From contig NW_027272318.1 of the NCBI RefSeq assembly GCF_040938485.1, forward strand, positions 62,001-126,000: a stretch of 64,000 nucleotides of DNA. The letters are read 5' to 3'. This stretch comes from Diadema antillarum. Lineage: Eukaryota. The position numbers were made by a program, and so were the translations under genes. How positions within the stretch are numbered: position 1 is the first letter of the stretch; each line of letters opens with the position of its first letter. Below are positions 36,493 through 49,917 of the stretch, piece by piece. Below the pieces are notes generated by a model. That model saw nothing but the letters and a program-made list of their open reading frames with translations, was not told where the DNA came from and made no database searches.

Positions 36493-39003
36493 ACACGCTG
36501 AGTATTTCCTCTGAATGTTGAATCTCTATTTCCTCCAAAGTCTTGTTCTGATTCAAGTAAACTTCCTGTGTGGTTGTACTCCACACACTTTCGGTGTGTG
36601 CATGACAAGCATCTGGGCAGAGTTTCTCATTTCCAAACTACGGATAAGAATCTCTGCTAAGTCTGTTGAGCAGAATGATTTTGTTCTTTTAATCATTGCA
36701 TGTTGGGGATATGGCAATGGCTTCAGCAAGAGAGCAATGTCGCATAATATGTTGTTTTCAAATATGTTCCTTCCAAAGTACGCCACAAAAAGGCTACCAA
36801 AAAAAAAATTGCAGAACTTATATTTTAATTCATAATATGTACATGAAAACACTGACATCTCTTGTTGAGGTGGCCAAATTTTGCAAACACACTCTGAATG
36901 TTTAATAAGTACTCTATCCAAAAGTCAAACATTTTATAAAGCTCACTGAAAAAGACCACAAAAAAAATGCAACCATAAAATTAATAATGAACCATCCCAA
37001 ATATTAATACTAAACATGTGAACCTAGTTTCGATTGCAGTATGACTTGATTTGTGATCTGTGTGCTTAGGCATATGTTCCTGCAATGATCCGTAGTTGAA
37101 GGCATTCATTGTGTAGGCATATATGAACATACAGACAGACAAACATAAAAAGCCTAAAGAGCCTGGCAAACATCTTCCAAAATATCTAAGTTGGCATGTC
37201 ACTTTCAGTTGGAAGTGGCTATCTTTCTTACCCTGTGTAGAAATGTGCACATTACAGCATGTGAACCTAAAATGACCATAATTTGGCAATACCATTGGTC
37301 ATATCATTATGATAAAATGCATCATATCATTATCTGTGAATGCTGTATACTATGTATGTACAGTACTTCTAACTCTTGCTCCAATCTTAATTTAGACCAG
37401 ACTTTATAATGCTGAAATTCTGAATGTAAGAGCAAAACTTTATGACACTGACATTTTCATTGTACAAGGTCTCTCCTCAATAAATAGAAACATGTAGAGT
37501 ATAATGTATAAAGTAAACTTAATGAACTAAGAAGGATAGACAAGATCATGTATGAAGCCATGATACTCAGTACACACACAAAAAAAAGTGAGATATCTAT
37601 AAATGATAGAAAATAATGCATAGAATTGTTAAACTAACCTCAATGATTTTCCCCAAGATCTGCCTGAACCTCAGGGTGAGAGCATCTGCCTTCTTCTTGA
37701 GGAGACTGTGACCCTTCTGGGCCCCCTTGAGACGAACCTTCATGGTCGTCAGAGCCCTAAATCAGAGGTAAACAGGGTAGATGTTGGCAATATGTTAATA
37801 GATAATGATAATAAACTGTAAAAGCATGTAGATTAATAGATCTACACTTTAAACAATACTTTTGGTGTCTTCATTGTCAGAGTTATCAATCTGTGCATCT
37901 TCTTATTTTTCTAACTTTAAAACGATAGTGTATCCACATGCATTAACAACTGTGTAGCATGGGGATTCATGGCTGGCCCAATACATTCACTGCCCATCGG
38001 GGACATTCGAAAACCACAATAACACTGGTCAGGGAATATGTGCATCAAAGCATACGATGCACACTCATTGGTAATAGTCAACTCCAGTTGCCATTCTTCA
38101 GCTGCGCGTGTCAAAAAAAAAAAATACAATCAGACGTTCTGCAATGATAAGTAGTGAATCAATCAAAATGCAATTTCAGGGTATGAAACTAGAACTTATC
38201 ACCTACATCCCACAGAGAGCCCCATTTAATTTGCTTTGAACAGTGGACACAGAGAAATGGGGATTTTTTTTTTAATGCATGTCAGAAGTCCCTTTCTCAG
38301 AGTTTTGTGAGGAGATGTGATATCCATTTGCAAATTACAAATACCAACTTCTTCATTGTGTTCCCTGACAAAAATCTCTTTTAAAAGAGTGAGAGCTTAA
38401 TTTGTTTTTATTGTCAAATAAAGAAATGAAAAGTGAATTGCATAAAAAAGGATTAAAAAGCATTAGCAAGGAGTGAAAATGAATGATTAAAGAAAGATAT
38501 AAAAGTATTAACTCACTGAAAACTAGATTGTTGTCATCTTCCTTTTTGGCTTTCTGTTTCTGTTTTCTGTTTCTTTTTTCTCTCTTCATTATCAAGGCGA
38601 CCATGACAGCAATATTTATATATTTACACATCTGTATACTCACAATGATGTAATGTTATGCATGAAATTTCAATTCATGTGTTGGCTGCCATTGTGAGTT
38701 GTGAGCAAAATATTTTTATTCATATGGATGCCACGACCATCCAAGTGCTAAACTTGAGAGAAATGGATGGATCCATAACATAAATTACAAAGATCCTCAT
38801 TTCTCCATGCCCTTTGAAGTTTAAGCCAAACTGAATTGGGTTTTCTGCAAGATGGACATACAAGTTATTGTTTTGAATACCTGGTACCCTGAAATAGCAT
38901 TTAGATTGTTAAGGTACAGCTGTATTTTGAAAGAACTTTATCCATGCAAGAAGTAAGATTGTATCTTCTTCTTTTTTTCTCTCTCTCTCTTTTTTTTTTT
39001 TTT

Positions 39004-39034
<31 letters not shown>

Positions 39035-42000
39035 GAGGCATATAGAAATCAGTGATAAAGCTGTACACAATTCATAACAGGTACTCTCAAATGGATAACC
39101 AGCCCAACCTTCCAATCGTATGAATCTCTAATATGCTATTGGGTCTTTTAACTGTGACAAAGAACAAAGGCCATATATGCAAGACTGCACACCACAATGG
39201 ACAAACACACAAACAAACAAACCCTTGAACAGAAGTTTCCCTGTATCAGTTATCAGTTCTCATCTCATGTTACATGAAAGATGATGTACAAATGACAACT
39301 TATACCACGTATACACTACACAGCTTGCTTCAATTTTGTCAACATATTTAACTACCATACCGGTACCTATCATATCACACAACTGTAGTTATGGGTACAC
39401 TCCGCCTAGCTGGTAAACTTGGCCACTTATAATGCACGCGCTGAGCTTGGGGCTGAGTTTACCCATAACTACGTTACCTTAGGGAGAAAAAAAAGGAATA
39501 TGTGACCCGCGACAACGGTTTCAGGCAAAAGTCGCAAGAGCAAATTTCCTCCTAGGCAGGGTACAAAGATCTTTACCATTATTTTTGTCGATTTGGGTTT
39601 TTTGCAGAAATCAAATCTTTGATAAGTTTTCTACATCTACACTTGATTTCATACCATAAGACTACGTTTTTCCTATCGAAAAAGGAATTTTAAGCACCCT
39701 ATAGATGTTGGATCGCACTCGTCAGGTTCGAGCTTCTTTCGAACGCCGCGCCAATATCCCCAGCGTTGCTACGGCGCAAGGTCTCGCATGCGATTGGCTG
39801 GTGCGTCGCACACATTTACATAATTTGGCTTTCGGAGACACCAGTTGCAGCGTTTGGGGAATGCTTTGTCCACGCATGCATGATTACATGCTCCATTGTT
39901 CTTGCTATAGTGGTTTATACGGTGTAGTGTGTGCTCTTCGTTTGGCTTTCTATCCAAACTATTCTACCGTAATGTTCGACAACGGAAGTGAAACAAATAT
40001 CATTTAGCCCGACATAATCGTGTGAAAAGAAAAAAAAACAATAGTCTACTTGTACGTGTAGTAAAAATTATGACAGCAGACTGACTCAAGGGAAGGTAGA
40101 TGAGAGGAAAGGAGAGGTCACATGAAACCAGTTATATTCAAATACTACACTTCAAGATCGCACGAAACTAACGAGACGTGTTTGTTTGTTTGTTTTAATA
40201 TAATTAACACCACCGAACAAGGCAACATATGCACGGCTTGTAAAAGCAAAACAAACAGGAAGCGTGACCTTTGACAGCACTGGCATTTTTCTGCCTACAA
40301 AAGGGTCGCCAAAGTCAAATCAACAACAATGAAAACGCGATTTGTAAATGTGTGGATTCGCCACCCGCTCCTGTTACATGCACATGGTCATGGCGTGTGG
40401 ATGCGTGCGCCCATACACATGTACACTATACGTGCAATTATCGTATCCGCCATCTTGAAAGACGTAATGGTAAAACAAACCCGAGCGAACCGCATTGTTT
40501 TTCGGCTCCATACGCTGAGCTCCTAGGAAGGGTGCCCGGGAAATTTGACTCTCTCAGTGAGCCAATTAGAAGGCGATGTGGTTGCTAGAGGCGGAGCTTA
40601 ACATCGATTGGCACCATCGTACGGATGGGTGATTCTCACCTCGCATCGCCGCTCGGACATTGTCTTTGAGAAAGAGGTGAATCTTCAAAGCCTGTTTTCT
40701 CGCAATTTTGTCAGGCTAACAACTTCAAAAGTGCATTTTATTTCGCTTTCCATGCCCACTTATGGTGCCAAAGAATGCAAGTGTTTTATATCAAGCAAAG
40801 CTTAGGAAATGGGTAATGTGATTCAGTGAAAAAATGAATTTTCAAAAGGCCCGACTTTTGCCTGAAACAATTGTCGCCGGTCACATATGGTCTACTTTGA
40901 TATACCATACCATACCACTGATAAGTCAGCAGGTGGCAAATTACACTCTACCAAACTCTGCGCAAGTAGAAATATTGTCAAAAGGATGAGAATTTTAAAT
41001 CTCAAGTGGTAAATGCGTAATACTTTTTAAACTCCAACCATAAATCCTCTCAGACAAATATACACCCGACATCTGTATCAAGAACCCGTAGCATGGGCAG
41101 ACATGGATGGATTGTCCGAATGAATTAATCTTCATTTGCTGCCTGTCAGCCACTTGAAAGCAGATAGGAGGTATCGCACACAATGCATCGACGACATTCA
41201 CACCCAATAGCAACAGTCATCTTTCTCCAGTCAAATTTCTTTGGCTATGCATGTACATGTTTATTACTTACATCTGACATAAAGATCGATAAAGCTGTAA
41301 AAGTAGATTCTCGAGCTATATTAAACTAAATTAAATAGACTTTGAGTTGACTCCTATACGGGGATTCTCGAAGAGTCAAATAAATTACATACTATCATCG
41401 GTCACTACTGTAAAACATGATATATTCGCGGCATGAAATTCTCGCGATTTGGAGCTGACAGCCTTTTTCATGGCAGGAAATTTTCGCGAAGTGCCACTGG
41501 CGTTTAATGCATATAGTGTAAACAAGAACTTTCGCGTGCATTTTAATTTTGCGAATCTTGGCGCTCGCGAAATTCGCGAAATTAAAGTGCACGCGAAAAT
41601 TCCTCGTTTTACAGTATCTGCTCTACCGGAACCGATTGTTGGTATGGTAGCCCTACTACATATCGACCACCTTCTTTTATACCGACCGCGTATAATTCGC
41701 GCACTGAACACTTAGTACGCACTTCTCTGCGCGCAAAGCACATAAAAATGGATTGGCTTTGAATGTAGATGAGGATGGAGTGGGAAAACGCGATAATTCA
41801 CTGTTCATTAATGGTTTTAATCAAGGACGAAATTTCAAATGAATATTTTCGCCGAATCGTAATGACAGCACAATGTAATGTCTATGGAAGTTTCTAAAAC
41901 TTTAAAAAGGCTCCTAAAAACCTTCGTACAACACGGTGTTCAATACAACTCGGTTTGCGTGCATTGTCAATGCAAAAACAGCGGTCGATCCTAATATCAA

Positions 42001-42798
42001 TAACGCGATTTACCGCGGGGAGCTGAAACAAGGCCACACAAGTTCGTCGGCGATATTTTTGCACTGAAACTTCGAATCGAAAAGGGAACAACGGCATTTG
42101 ATAGAGCTGGATTAACTCAATCACATAGGTCAAGTTTTTAACGTGAATTTCAGTGTTAAATATTCTTATCAAGCAAATAAACATTAGGCGGTCGATGAGT
42201 AGTAGGTCCAACCCTACTGCGTCTTTAAAGATTGAAGGCTCTACTATCTACCTAGTTAGCTCTTCTCACCTCAGACAGAAAAATCTATGATTTTCAAACT
42301 TTTACGGCTCTTCTCAGTATGAGAAGTGGCTTCCGAGGTGAAGCCAGACATACTCGTCGGTTGAGAATGATAAGGGCGTTAAGTGACCACAAAACCCATA
42401 GTGTTCGAGAAGACTTAATGCCCTTCTCATTCTCAACAGACGAATTATAGGCTAGGTCTTGTCTCCGCAGAACATACAAATTGTATCCCCAACGACAAGA
42501 TACAGCATTGACATTGTAAAGACTGATCTTTCTGACCAAGATGCTGACAGGATCTGCTGTTTCTCAACCCTAATTTTTGGACTGTTGAAGTAATTCTCAA
42601 TCAATTATTAATTTTTTTTTGCATGGCTACAAATAAGGTTTCCCTAGGGTTATCATCATAAGAAAGTCAAAACATCTAAGTAATCTAGGAAGTAGGATCA
42701 TCATTCATGGACATGGTCAAACAAAAACAAATCTCTTTAGCTCATGACATGACTCACATTCGTGATGGGAAAACAGCAATCCTCTCTTTTCCGGACAT
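32442..42798 (-). CDS. ATP6V1D: V-type proton ATPase subunit D (248 aa, 6 coding exons)
   Basis: Exons: 42798-42758, 37756-37639, 35701-35622, 35015-34903, 33376-33206, 32665-32442; 747 nt, all GT-AG and in phase. Peptides: MSGKERIAVFPSRM, LLKKKADALTLRFRQIL, ENVAGVNLPVFEHY, LVELASLQTSFVTLDEVIKITNRRVNAIEHVIIP, ELDEREREEFYRLKKIQEKKK. Confidence 0.97.
32813..32841. repeat. (TACA)n microsatellite
   Basis: About 7 units. Confidence 0.9.
32938..33104. mobile_element. Short hAT-like MITE
   Basis: Imperfect TIR CAGGGCTGCACTCT / AGGGTGCAGCGTTG; degenerate flanking repeat GGGTTG. Confidence 0.4.
34469..34677. mobile_element. MITE with telomere-like interior, copy 2 (reverse orientation)
   Basis: CATTTGCTCCTGCGACAATTGC terminus and TTAGGG/TTAGGA interior. 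Confidence 0.6.
36434..36497. repeat. (CA)n microsatellite
   Basis: About 30 CA units with one interruption. Confidence 0.95.
39385..39472. repeat. 88-bp hairpin (MITE-like)
   Basis: Arms GTAGTTATGGGTACACTC / GAGTTTACCCATAACTAC (17/18). Confidence 0.55.
39502..40884. mobile_element. 1.38-kb non-autonomous DNA transposon with ATAT TSD in ATP6V1D intron 1
   Basis: TIR of about 33 bp, GTGACC(CG/GG)CGACAA..GTTTCAGGCAAAAGTCG; ATAT at 39498-39501 and 40885-40888. Confidence 0.8.
41408..41614. mobile_element. TA-flanked MITE (Tc1/mariner-like, CTGTAAAA termini)
   Basis: TA|CTGTAAAAC...GTTTTACAG|TA with internal TTTCGCG/CGCGAAA motifs. Confidence 0.75.
42355..42442. mobile_element. 88-bp hairpin MITE, second copy (opposite orientation)
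   Basis: Colinear with the reverse complement of 63161-63248; TSD decayed. Confidence 0.65.
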
Positions 42799-43687
42799 AA
42801 TGCAGCTGCTCTTTCCTCGATGTCTGATCAACCAAAATACGGTAGACCAATGAGAATGAAGATGATGATGGCTACCCTTTCAATTTTTGATGAAAAGCAC
42901 CTAGAAGTGTTGTATATTTCAGGCAGAGAGATCCCTATTTGGTTTGTGTTGATCAAACTTGTTTGATCCCCCTCTACTACACACACACTATACAGCACAC
43001 CACAGAAGCTGTAGTTGATGTGCGTATCATCTCACACACCCGGTATACCGTGTACCCTCGCCTCCGAGATCCCGAGCGAGTCACGAGCTGTGTAGATGGC
43101 GCTGTTTGCTCTAGCGCGAGAACACCACAGAACTCAGAGTCAGAGTTCTGTGGAGAACACTGCACTCGATTGATGATGAGGCGCTAGGCATCGGTGTGCG
43201 CGTGCATGCAGATTGATGTGCAATTCATACAGTGCCCGACCGTACCGCCGCGCGCCGTGCAATTACAATCTTTTCGTGTAATAATATTGTGCATGCGATA
43301 TATAACGCTATCGCTAGCGTCGCAAGTGACATGGACAGTTGTCATCCAGAACAGAGGCACTGGTACTCCACCTAGAATACTATAGAAAGTAGGTTGTACA
43401 TTATTCCAAGAAGTGAATGAAATGAGTCCGAGTACCATCCACTACTGTGATTCACTTGGCCAGGAAGATCTGCTCCTCCTCTTTCACTTTTAGAGGGGTT
43501 TTTCATCGCATGCATCTGTGCATTGGACCATCCTACCTGTACTGAAACGTGTCGGACTAAGGAAAGGACACACAGAGCGTCACCAGAGGCCAGGCCAGGC
43601 CTTTCCGACTGGAGTTCAGTTAGTGTACAGTGCTACTCCTGCTAGGTAGACGCTTCACACATCCGTGCGTGGTTGCAGAACATCATC
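42799..43687. promoter_or_regulatory. Bidirectional promoter region ATP6V1D/TBP
   Basis: The divergent start codons are 889 nt apart, with a CpG-rich core at about 43040-43330. It contains an AGATGGCG motif and an 11-bp inverted repeat (43125-43153); both ATGs are preceded by acceptor-like sites, implying non-coding first exons. Confidence 0.7.
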
Positions 43688-46600
43688 ATGTATAGCCAGC
43701 AGAACATCACCCCTGTATCAATTCATAAAGCTGCTGGGGTAGGTCACCCACTGTCATGATGTCATCACACCAGCAGCCTTCGCCCTTGCGGCAAGATTTT
43801 TTTTTTTTTTTTTTTTTTTTTGTCGCGTAGTCAGTAGATCTACAACATGACATAAAATCGACTAAATTCATTTAAAGTTAGCAGTTCAACTCGATGTTTA
43901 ATTGTCTAATTAGCAGAAGCCTGGAGCAGAGATCTCCATTAAATTTACAGCAAATACAGCCCCAGGATTTATGAAATTATGAATATGATTTATGTCAATG
44001 TGTAACATTGTCATTGACAACCAAGGTTAATTTAATAGAGTCTAGACCTTTCACAGCATATTTTCATTTGCTGGATTTGAAGTTGATAGACCTGTGGGCC
44101 TCATCTACTTGTACAGTGGAGGTGTAAATTACTCTGCACGACCTGTGCTGCAGTCTCCATCTGTTTACTGCTATGTGCACACTCCTGATGTTGGCCAAGG
44201 TTGAGTTGTATAAAGTATCTGTTGCTGTAATGTTATAACTTGTTTTTCAATCAATTAAATCCTAAGATATTAAAAGTTCTTACCGTTTTAAATGAGAAAT
44301 TATCTAAATGGTCTTATATTGCTCTATAAATTGCATGTTCAGGGTTGACAAAAGTTACATTCCTTACATTGATTTGAAAGGACAACGAGCAATACATTAG
44401 TTTATATCAAAACAGTCTTTGTACAAAGGCAAGTTTTCCTATTTCTCTTGCTCTTAGGGTTTGCATCAAGGTCATGGATCGCAAGAGAATCAAGATGAAG
44501 GTCCGCGAAGTCAGTACCTCCCCGTGGGTTCCAATCAGTCTCAGTCCTACCTGTCGGTTCCTTCCATCGGCACCTCAGCATTTGGTTCCTCCCCCCACAC
44601 GGTGGGCAGTGCTTCGCCGATGCAGCCTGGTAGCAACTTCCCCGCCTCTCCCATGGCCCCAATGACTCCAGTGGCATCAACCAGCAGTGAATCCTCGGGA
44701 ATAATCCCCCAGCTCCAGTAAGTTTAGAAGCCTAACAGAGAAATCTCGCCATTGGAAGACCGCTCTCCCATCTGGATAAACACTTCTTCTTCTTCTTCTT
44801 CTTCTCCTTCTCCTTCTCTTTGACAAGAATGTCGGTGACACATTCTGTGCAGTAATGTTGAAACCAACAATGGGAACAGTAAAGAAATTGTAATCACTTC
44901 AATTATTTTTATGAGAAGATTAATTTGACAATCATCCATAGTGTTTTGACTAGCATCCTCTATAACAAGAAAAAGACAAAACATAGTTTTTGCCGTGCAA
45001 AACGAGAATGGATTAAACAAACAGACATGTACCATTGTATGGCAGCAAAAAGTCATAGATATTTCATGCATGGTTTGTAGTCTCACAGCTGTTGGAGATG
45101 AATGGAAATGGAAGGTGCCTTTATTTCTTTCTTTTTTTTTGTATTTGAAAATGTTAGCTTTGGATTTATTGCCAGTTAAAGATAATAAAAAGTTTTGGTA
45201 CCTCAAAAGTTTCCCTGAATTTCCTTGTCTTAGTTTGTGTTTCAGGTTAAAGTACCTTTCATATAACTAACACTGTGAGACTTACTCGCCCCAAAGTGCT
45301 CTCATGTCTTAGCAATCATGCAATTAACTGCGACCAGCAGCCCCATACGCATAGCGTAATGGAGCTTCGCATTGTAGCATTCAGGATCATGACAGATTTA
45401 GTATTGCGGGTAAATATCAATTTAAAATCCACAAATTTCATCAATTTGAAGACTTACCAATTAAGTTGTAGCATTGAAAACAGGCTTTGGGCAACGTTTG
45501 GTTCTGCCAATAGTCCCTTTCTGTTCGCATTGATGACTGAATGTGACTCGGTCGAGAGGACCTTGGGAGAGCTACATACACTGAATACTACAGCCAGTGC
45601 ATGCGAACACATCACATGCGCACAAATTTCAAATCCATGAACGGATAAGATGTTTGTGTGCGCATGCGCTAGCCGTAGTATTCAGTGTATGTAGCTCTCC
45701 CAAGGTCCTCTCGACCGAGTCACATTCAGTCATCAATTCAAACAGAAAGGGACTATTGGCAGAACCAAACGTTGTCCGAAGCCTGTTTTCAATACTTTAA
45801 CTTAATTGGTAAGTCTTCAAATTGAAGAAATTTTTGGATTTTAAGTTGACATTTACCCGCGATACTAAATCTGTCATGATCCTGTATGCTACAATGCGAA
45901 GCCCCATTACGCTATGCGTATGGGGCTGCTGGTCGCAGTTAGCTATGCGTATGGGGCTGCACACTGCTGGTCGCAGTCAGTGGTTTCGTACAATACTACC
46001 TCGCCGCCGTGTCGCCGCCGTACGGTGGCGGCTCTGGTACGAAACCATTATTGCATGATTACTAAGACATGAGAGCACTTTGGGGCGAGTAAGTCCCACA
46101 GACAACGTTCTTTAACCTGAAACACAAACTAAGACAAGGAAATTCAGGGAAACTTTTGAGGTACCAAACTTTTTATTATCTTTAAGAAGCACACTTGTAA
46201 CTGGAAAATACCAATTGTTTACATTCAATTTGAATAGGTTATCACTTGCTTTGATTCATGTCATTCTATTCATTTTCATAAAGCATCCACAGTGTCTCCT
46301 ACTAATTGGTTAGTGTAATGTTATTGCATACTTCTTCTCACAGGAATATTGTGTCCACAGTAAATCTTGGCTGCAAGCTTGATTTGAAGAAAATTGCCCT
46401 CCATGCCAGAAACGCAGAGTACAATCCAAAGGTGAGATCTAATTGTTGCTTTCCAACTAACATAGGAAATCATACATTATCATTTTAACATGCTGTTTTT
46501 CCTGGTGAATGTATCTTTGTTTTTATCAGTGCTTCTCAGCTCCATATCAAAATGATTAACACATAAATGTTACTTCATTCCCACTCAGTGTCTAGTAGGA

Positions 46601-49600
46601 CGTCTACAATCCAGTCTTACCCACTGAAACTACACATTATGGCAAAGGAAATGAGACCTCTTTACTAAATAAGATAGAAGTACAACTCAAATCCCTTGAA
46701 TTGTTTTGCATCCATTTTCAGAAAATATAAATGGCAGAAGACTGATGCTCTGGCGCATTTACATAAATGTTTTTTCTTACAGCGGTTTGCGGCTGTCATC
46801 ATGAGGATACGGGAACCGCGGACAACAGCTCTCATTTTCAGCTCGGGCAAGATGGTGTGCACTGGTGCCAAGAGTGAAGATAATTCAAAATTGGCAGCCA
46901 GGAAGTATGCCAGGGTAGTGCAGAAACTGGGCTTTCCGGTGAGTGTTTGTTTTTATTTCCGTACAGTAGTTGTTAATTCTCAGTGCAATTAGATATGGAG
47001 TAGAGATGTACACATATGAATATTTCTCTGATGGTCAAGGCAACTTGTCTGTTATCTCTTTTTAATACCTTTGCCGTAAAGTGTTGCTGGAGGCAGTATG
47101 TTTTTTGGGGTTTGACCGTAAGGTCAAAGGTCAAATTAGAATATTAAAATTTCACTTTTTTGTCAATTTGTTGGAAATAGCTCAAGGTATCTTCATAAAA
47201 TGCAGTACATATACATGTATTACCTAACATTGATTCCTTTTAGAAGTTCTGGATCATGAAGTCAAAGGTCAGCTAAAAATGCTAGAATTACCCATACATT
47301 ACTCGTGTTGAAACTACACTATTTTCTTCATACCTTGGAAGTGACTAAATGTATACACATACAGCATAATTACTGTGCCAGGTTAATTTGGTATAAACAT
47401 GCATTACCGAACAGTGATTAGGTAAGTATTGAGCTATGAGGTCAATGGTCAAATGAAAATGGTAAAATTTCACCTGTTTTCCATAGTTAAATGCAGCTTG
47501 AATTGTAATGGAAATTTATGTGTAATGACAAGATAGTGATTATTTGCTAATCATGTGAAGCTGTTGTCTCGTACTGGCAATATGCACTGTAGACCTATTG
47601 GGAGAATAATGTGATATGACGGAGGCATACCAGTTGCTAAAGCGACTTTTCCTGTGAGCAAGTATTGTTTTGTTTAGACAAGTAATCCGCATATAAATCA
47701 GAAACAGTTGTTCTGTTTCAATAATAGCGCAAAATTATGTAATACATGTAGATGCCAAGTATTCCTTAACTTCTATATCAGATCACATAGCATTTTCTCA
47801 GCGTGAAAGGAATGGCATTTGGACTGTGATAAATCTAGCTTTGAAAGAATATTTTTAGAATTACCAAGTGGCAAGTAGAATAAAAGTGTGTAGGTGTAAT
47901 TAGAAAATAGTGATGATAATGATGATACGTTTATTTGCAATACTCTATTACACAAATTTTTTTCCAAAGCATTATATATCGATAAATAGCAGGAAAATCA
48001 ATTAAATTATAAGTATGTTGTAAGGTCAGGAGTCTTTCATAAGTTACAATTTGCGGATGCAGTACTGATGCAATAGGCTGTGTTGTACTTGGTACTTATT
48101 AGTCTGCTTCATCTGCATTACTTTCTACACACAGGCCAAGTTTCTCGACTTCAAAATCCAAAATATGGTGGGCAGCTGTGACGTCAAGTTCCCAATCCGT
48201 TTGGAGGGTCTTGTGCTTACCCACGTACAGTTCTCCAGGTAATTCATGCTCTTTGCACACTCTCTGCTTTTTACAGTACTTCTGTGGTATTTATGTTGTT
48301 TTTTTTAGCATGCGCACTTTGAGTTTCTCAATTTTACTCTTGTATACATTTTGACTCATGCACACTTTCTCATGGTAGCTTACACTCCACACTTGATACT
48401 GAATTACTGCGGTATTAGTAAAGGTAATTCTCTAGGTAGTTCATGCTCAGCGTATAGATGTCCATTGAACATAGTATCCCTTATCTAGAACTTAAGGTAT
48501 AAAAATATACTTTTTGTTTGTTTTGTTTTTATGTTTTTGTGGGGTTTTTTTTTTTTTTTGGGGGGGGTTATTGTATGTGTGTGTGGATGAGTGCATCAGG
48601 ATCATCATCGTCATCCAGTTTTGCTCCGGGTTTGTCCCCGATAACAGGGGTGACCATATTTAACTTACTCTAACACTGACAGAAACCATAGTCACACCTT
48701 TTTGTCAACCTCCTTCCTCAAGCGAACTTTCCCAAGCTCCCCCTCCTCCACCTGTGTCTCTTCCATGTCTTCTTTCAATTGGTTGTCCTCTCTTCTGGAG
48801 TTTATTCACTTTAAACATTTTTTGGGTGTATTTTAGCTGTCCAGGTTGCTTCAGAGAGCCCTATTTTCACTTGCTTGTAGCCGGACAGATACATTGTTGG
48901 CAGGGGGAGGGGAATGATGCCTTTCAAATTTGTGGAGTCATGTACCTCCAACTCCCTTCCCGTCAATCCTTTGTTTAAAGACTAGTTTGTGGCTCTGTGG
49001 AGGGTCAAACAACAAAAATTAGATACATGTATGTACCGAACAAGGCATCAAAATATGCCACTAGTATTTCATTTGTATTGCACAAAGAACATTTCACTTT
49101 AAAATATTTTACACTTGCATCTCTGACATTGCTTTTGTCTGTAGTTATGAACCGGAGCTGTTTCCTGGTCTGATTTACCGAATGGTGAAGCCACGCATCG
49201 TTCTCCTTATTTTCGTCTCAGGGAAAGTTGTCTTGACAGGTAAGCTATCAGACATTCGCAACACAAGGATGGCAGATCTTTTCTATGACCAAAAGAAAAC
49301 AGTAATTTATAATGCACTTCAAACTCTCCATCAGTAGAACTCTAGCTCAGTTTCAGAAGTGAGTAGAATAGAAATGGTGTCATTGAATTAGAAATTTTTT
49401 TAACCTATATTCAGTATGGTTAGTAATATTAGGACAGTAATATAGTGTATTGATGTGTATGAGAATTGTGCTATGGCACTTACTCAAAATATAGACTTTA
49501 CCATTTTAGGATAAGTTGAAGTTGCTGAAACAATGATTAGCCATAACAGATCCTCTGTTATTTGTAAGTGTATATCAGGATTATGGATAAAGAGTGTGAA

Positions 49601-49876
49601 TGAGTAACTGCATTTATGTTTGGTTCAAACCCGCCTACTCTTTGTATTAACCCTAAAAGGGCCAGGCTTTTTTGGCTATGCTAAGACCAGAGGGGGGCGG
49701 ATTCCACCCCTCCAAGATCTTGGCCATCGATGGTGCGATCGTGATGAAATTTTGCATGCGTGAGACCCACGTCATAATCTACAAGATTTTTTGAAACAAT
49801 CAATTTCTAATTTTGAGTAATAAATTATGCAAATTAACCCTAATCAGGCTGGGCTTTTTTTGGCTATGCTACATCT

Positions 49877-49917
<41 letters not shown>

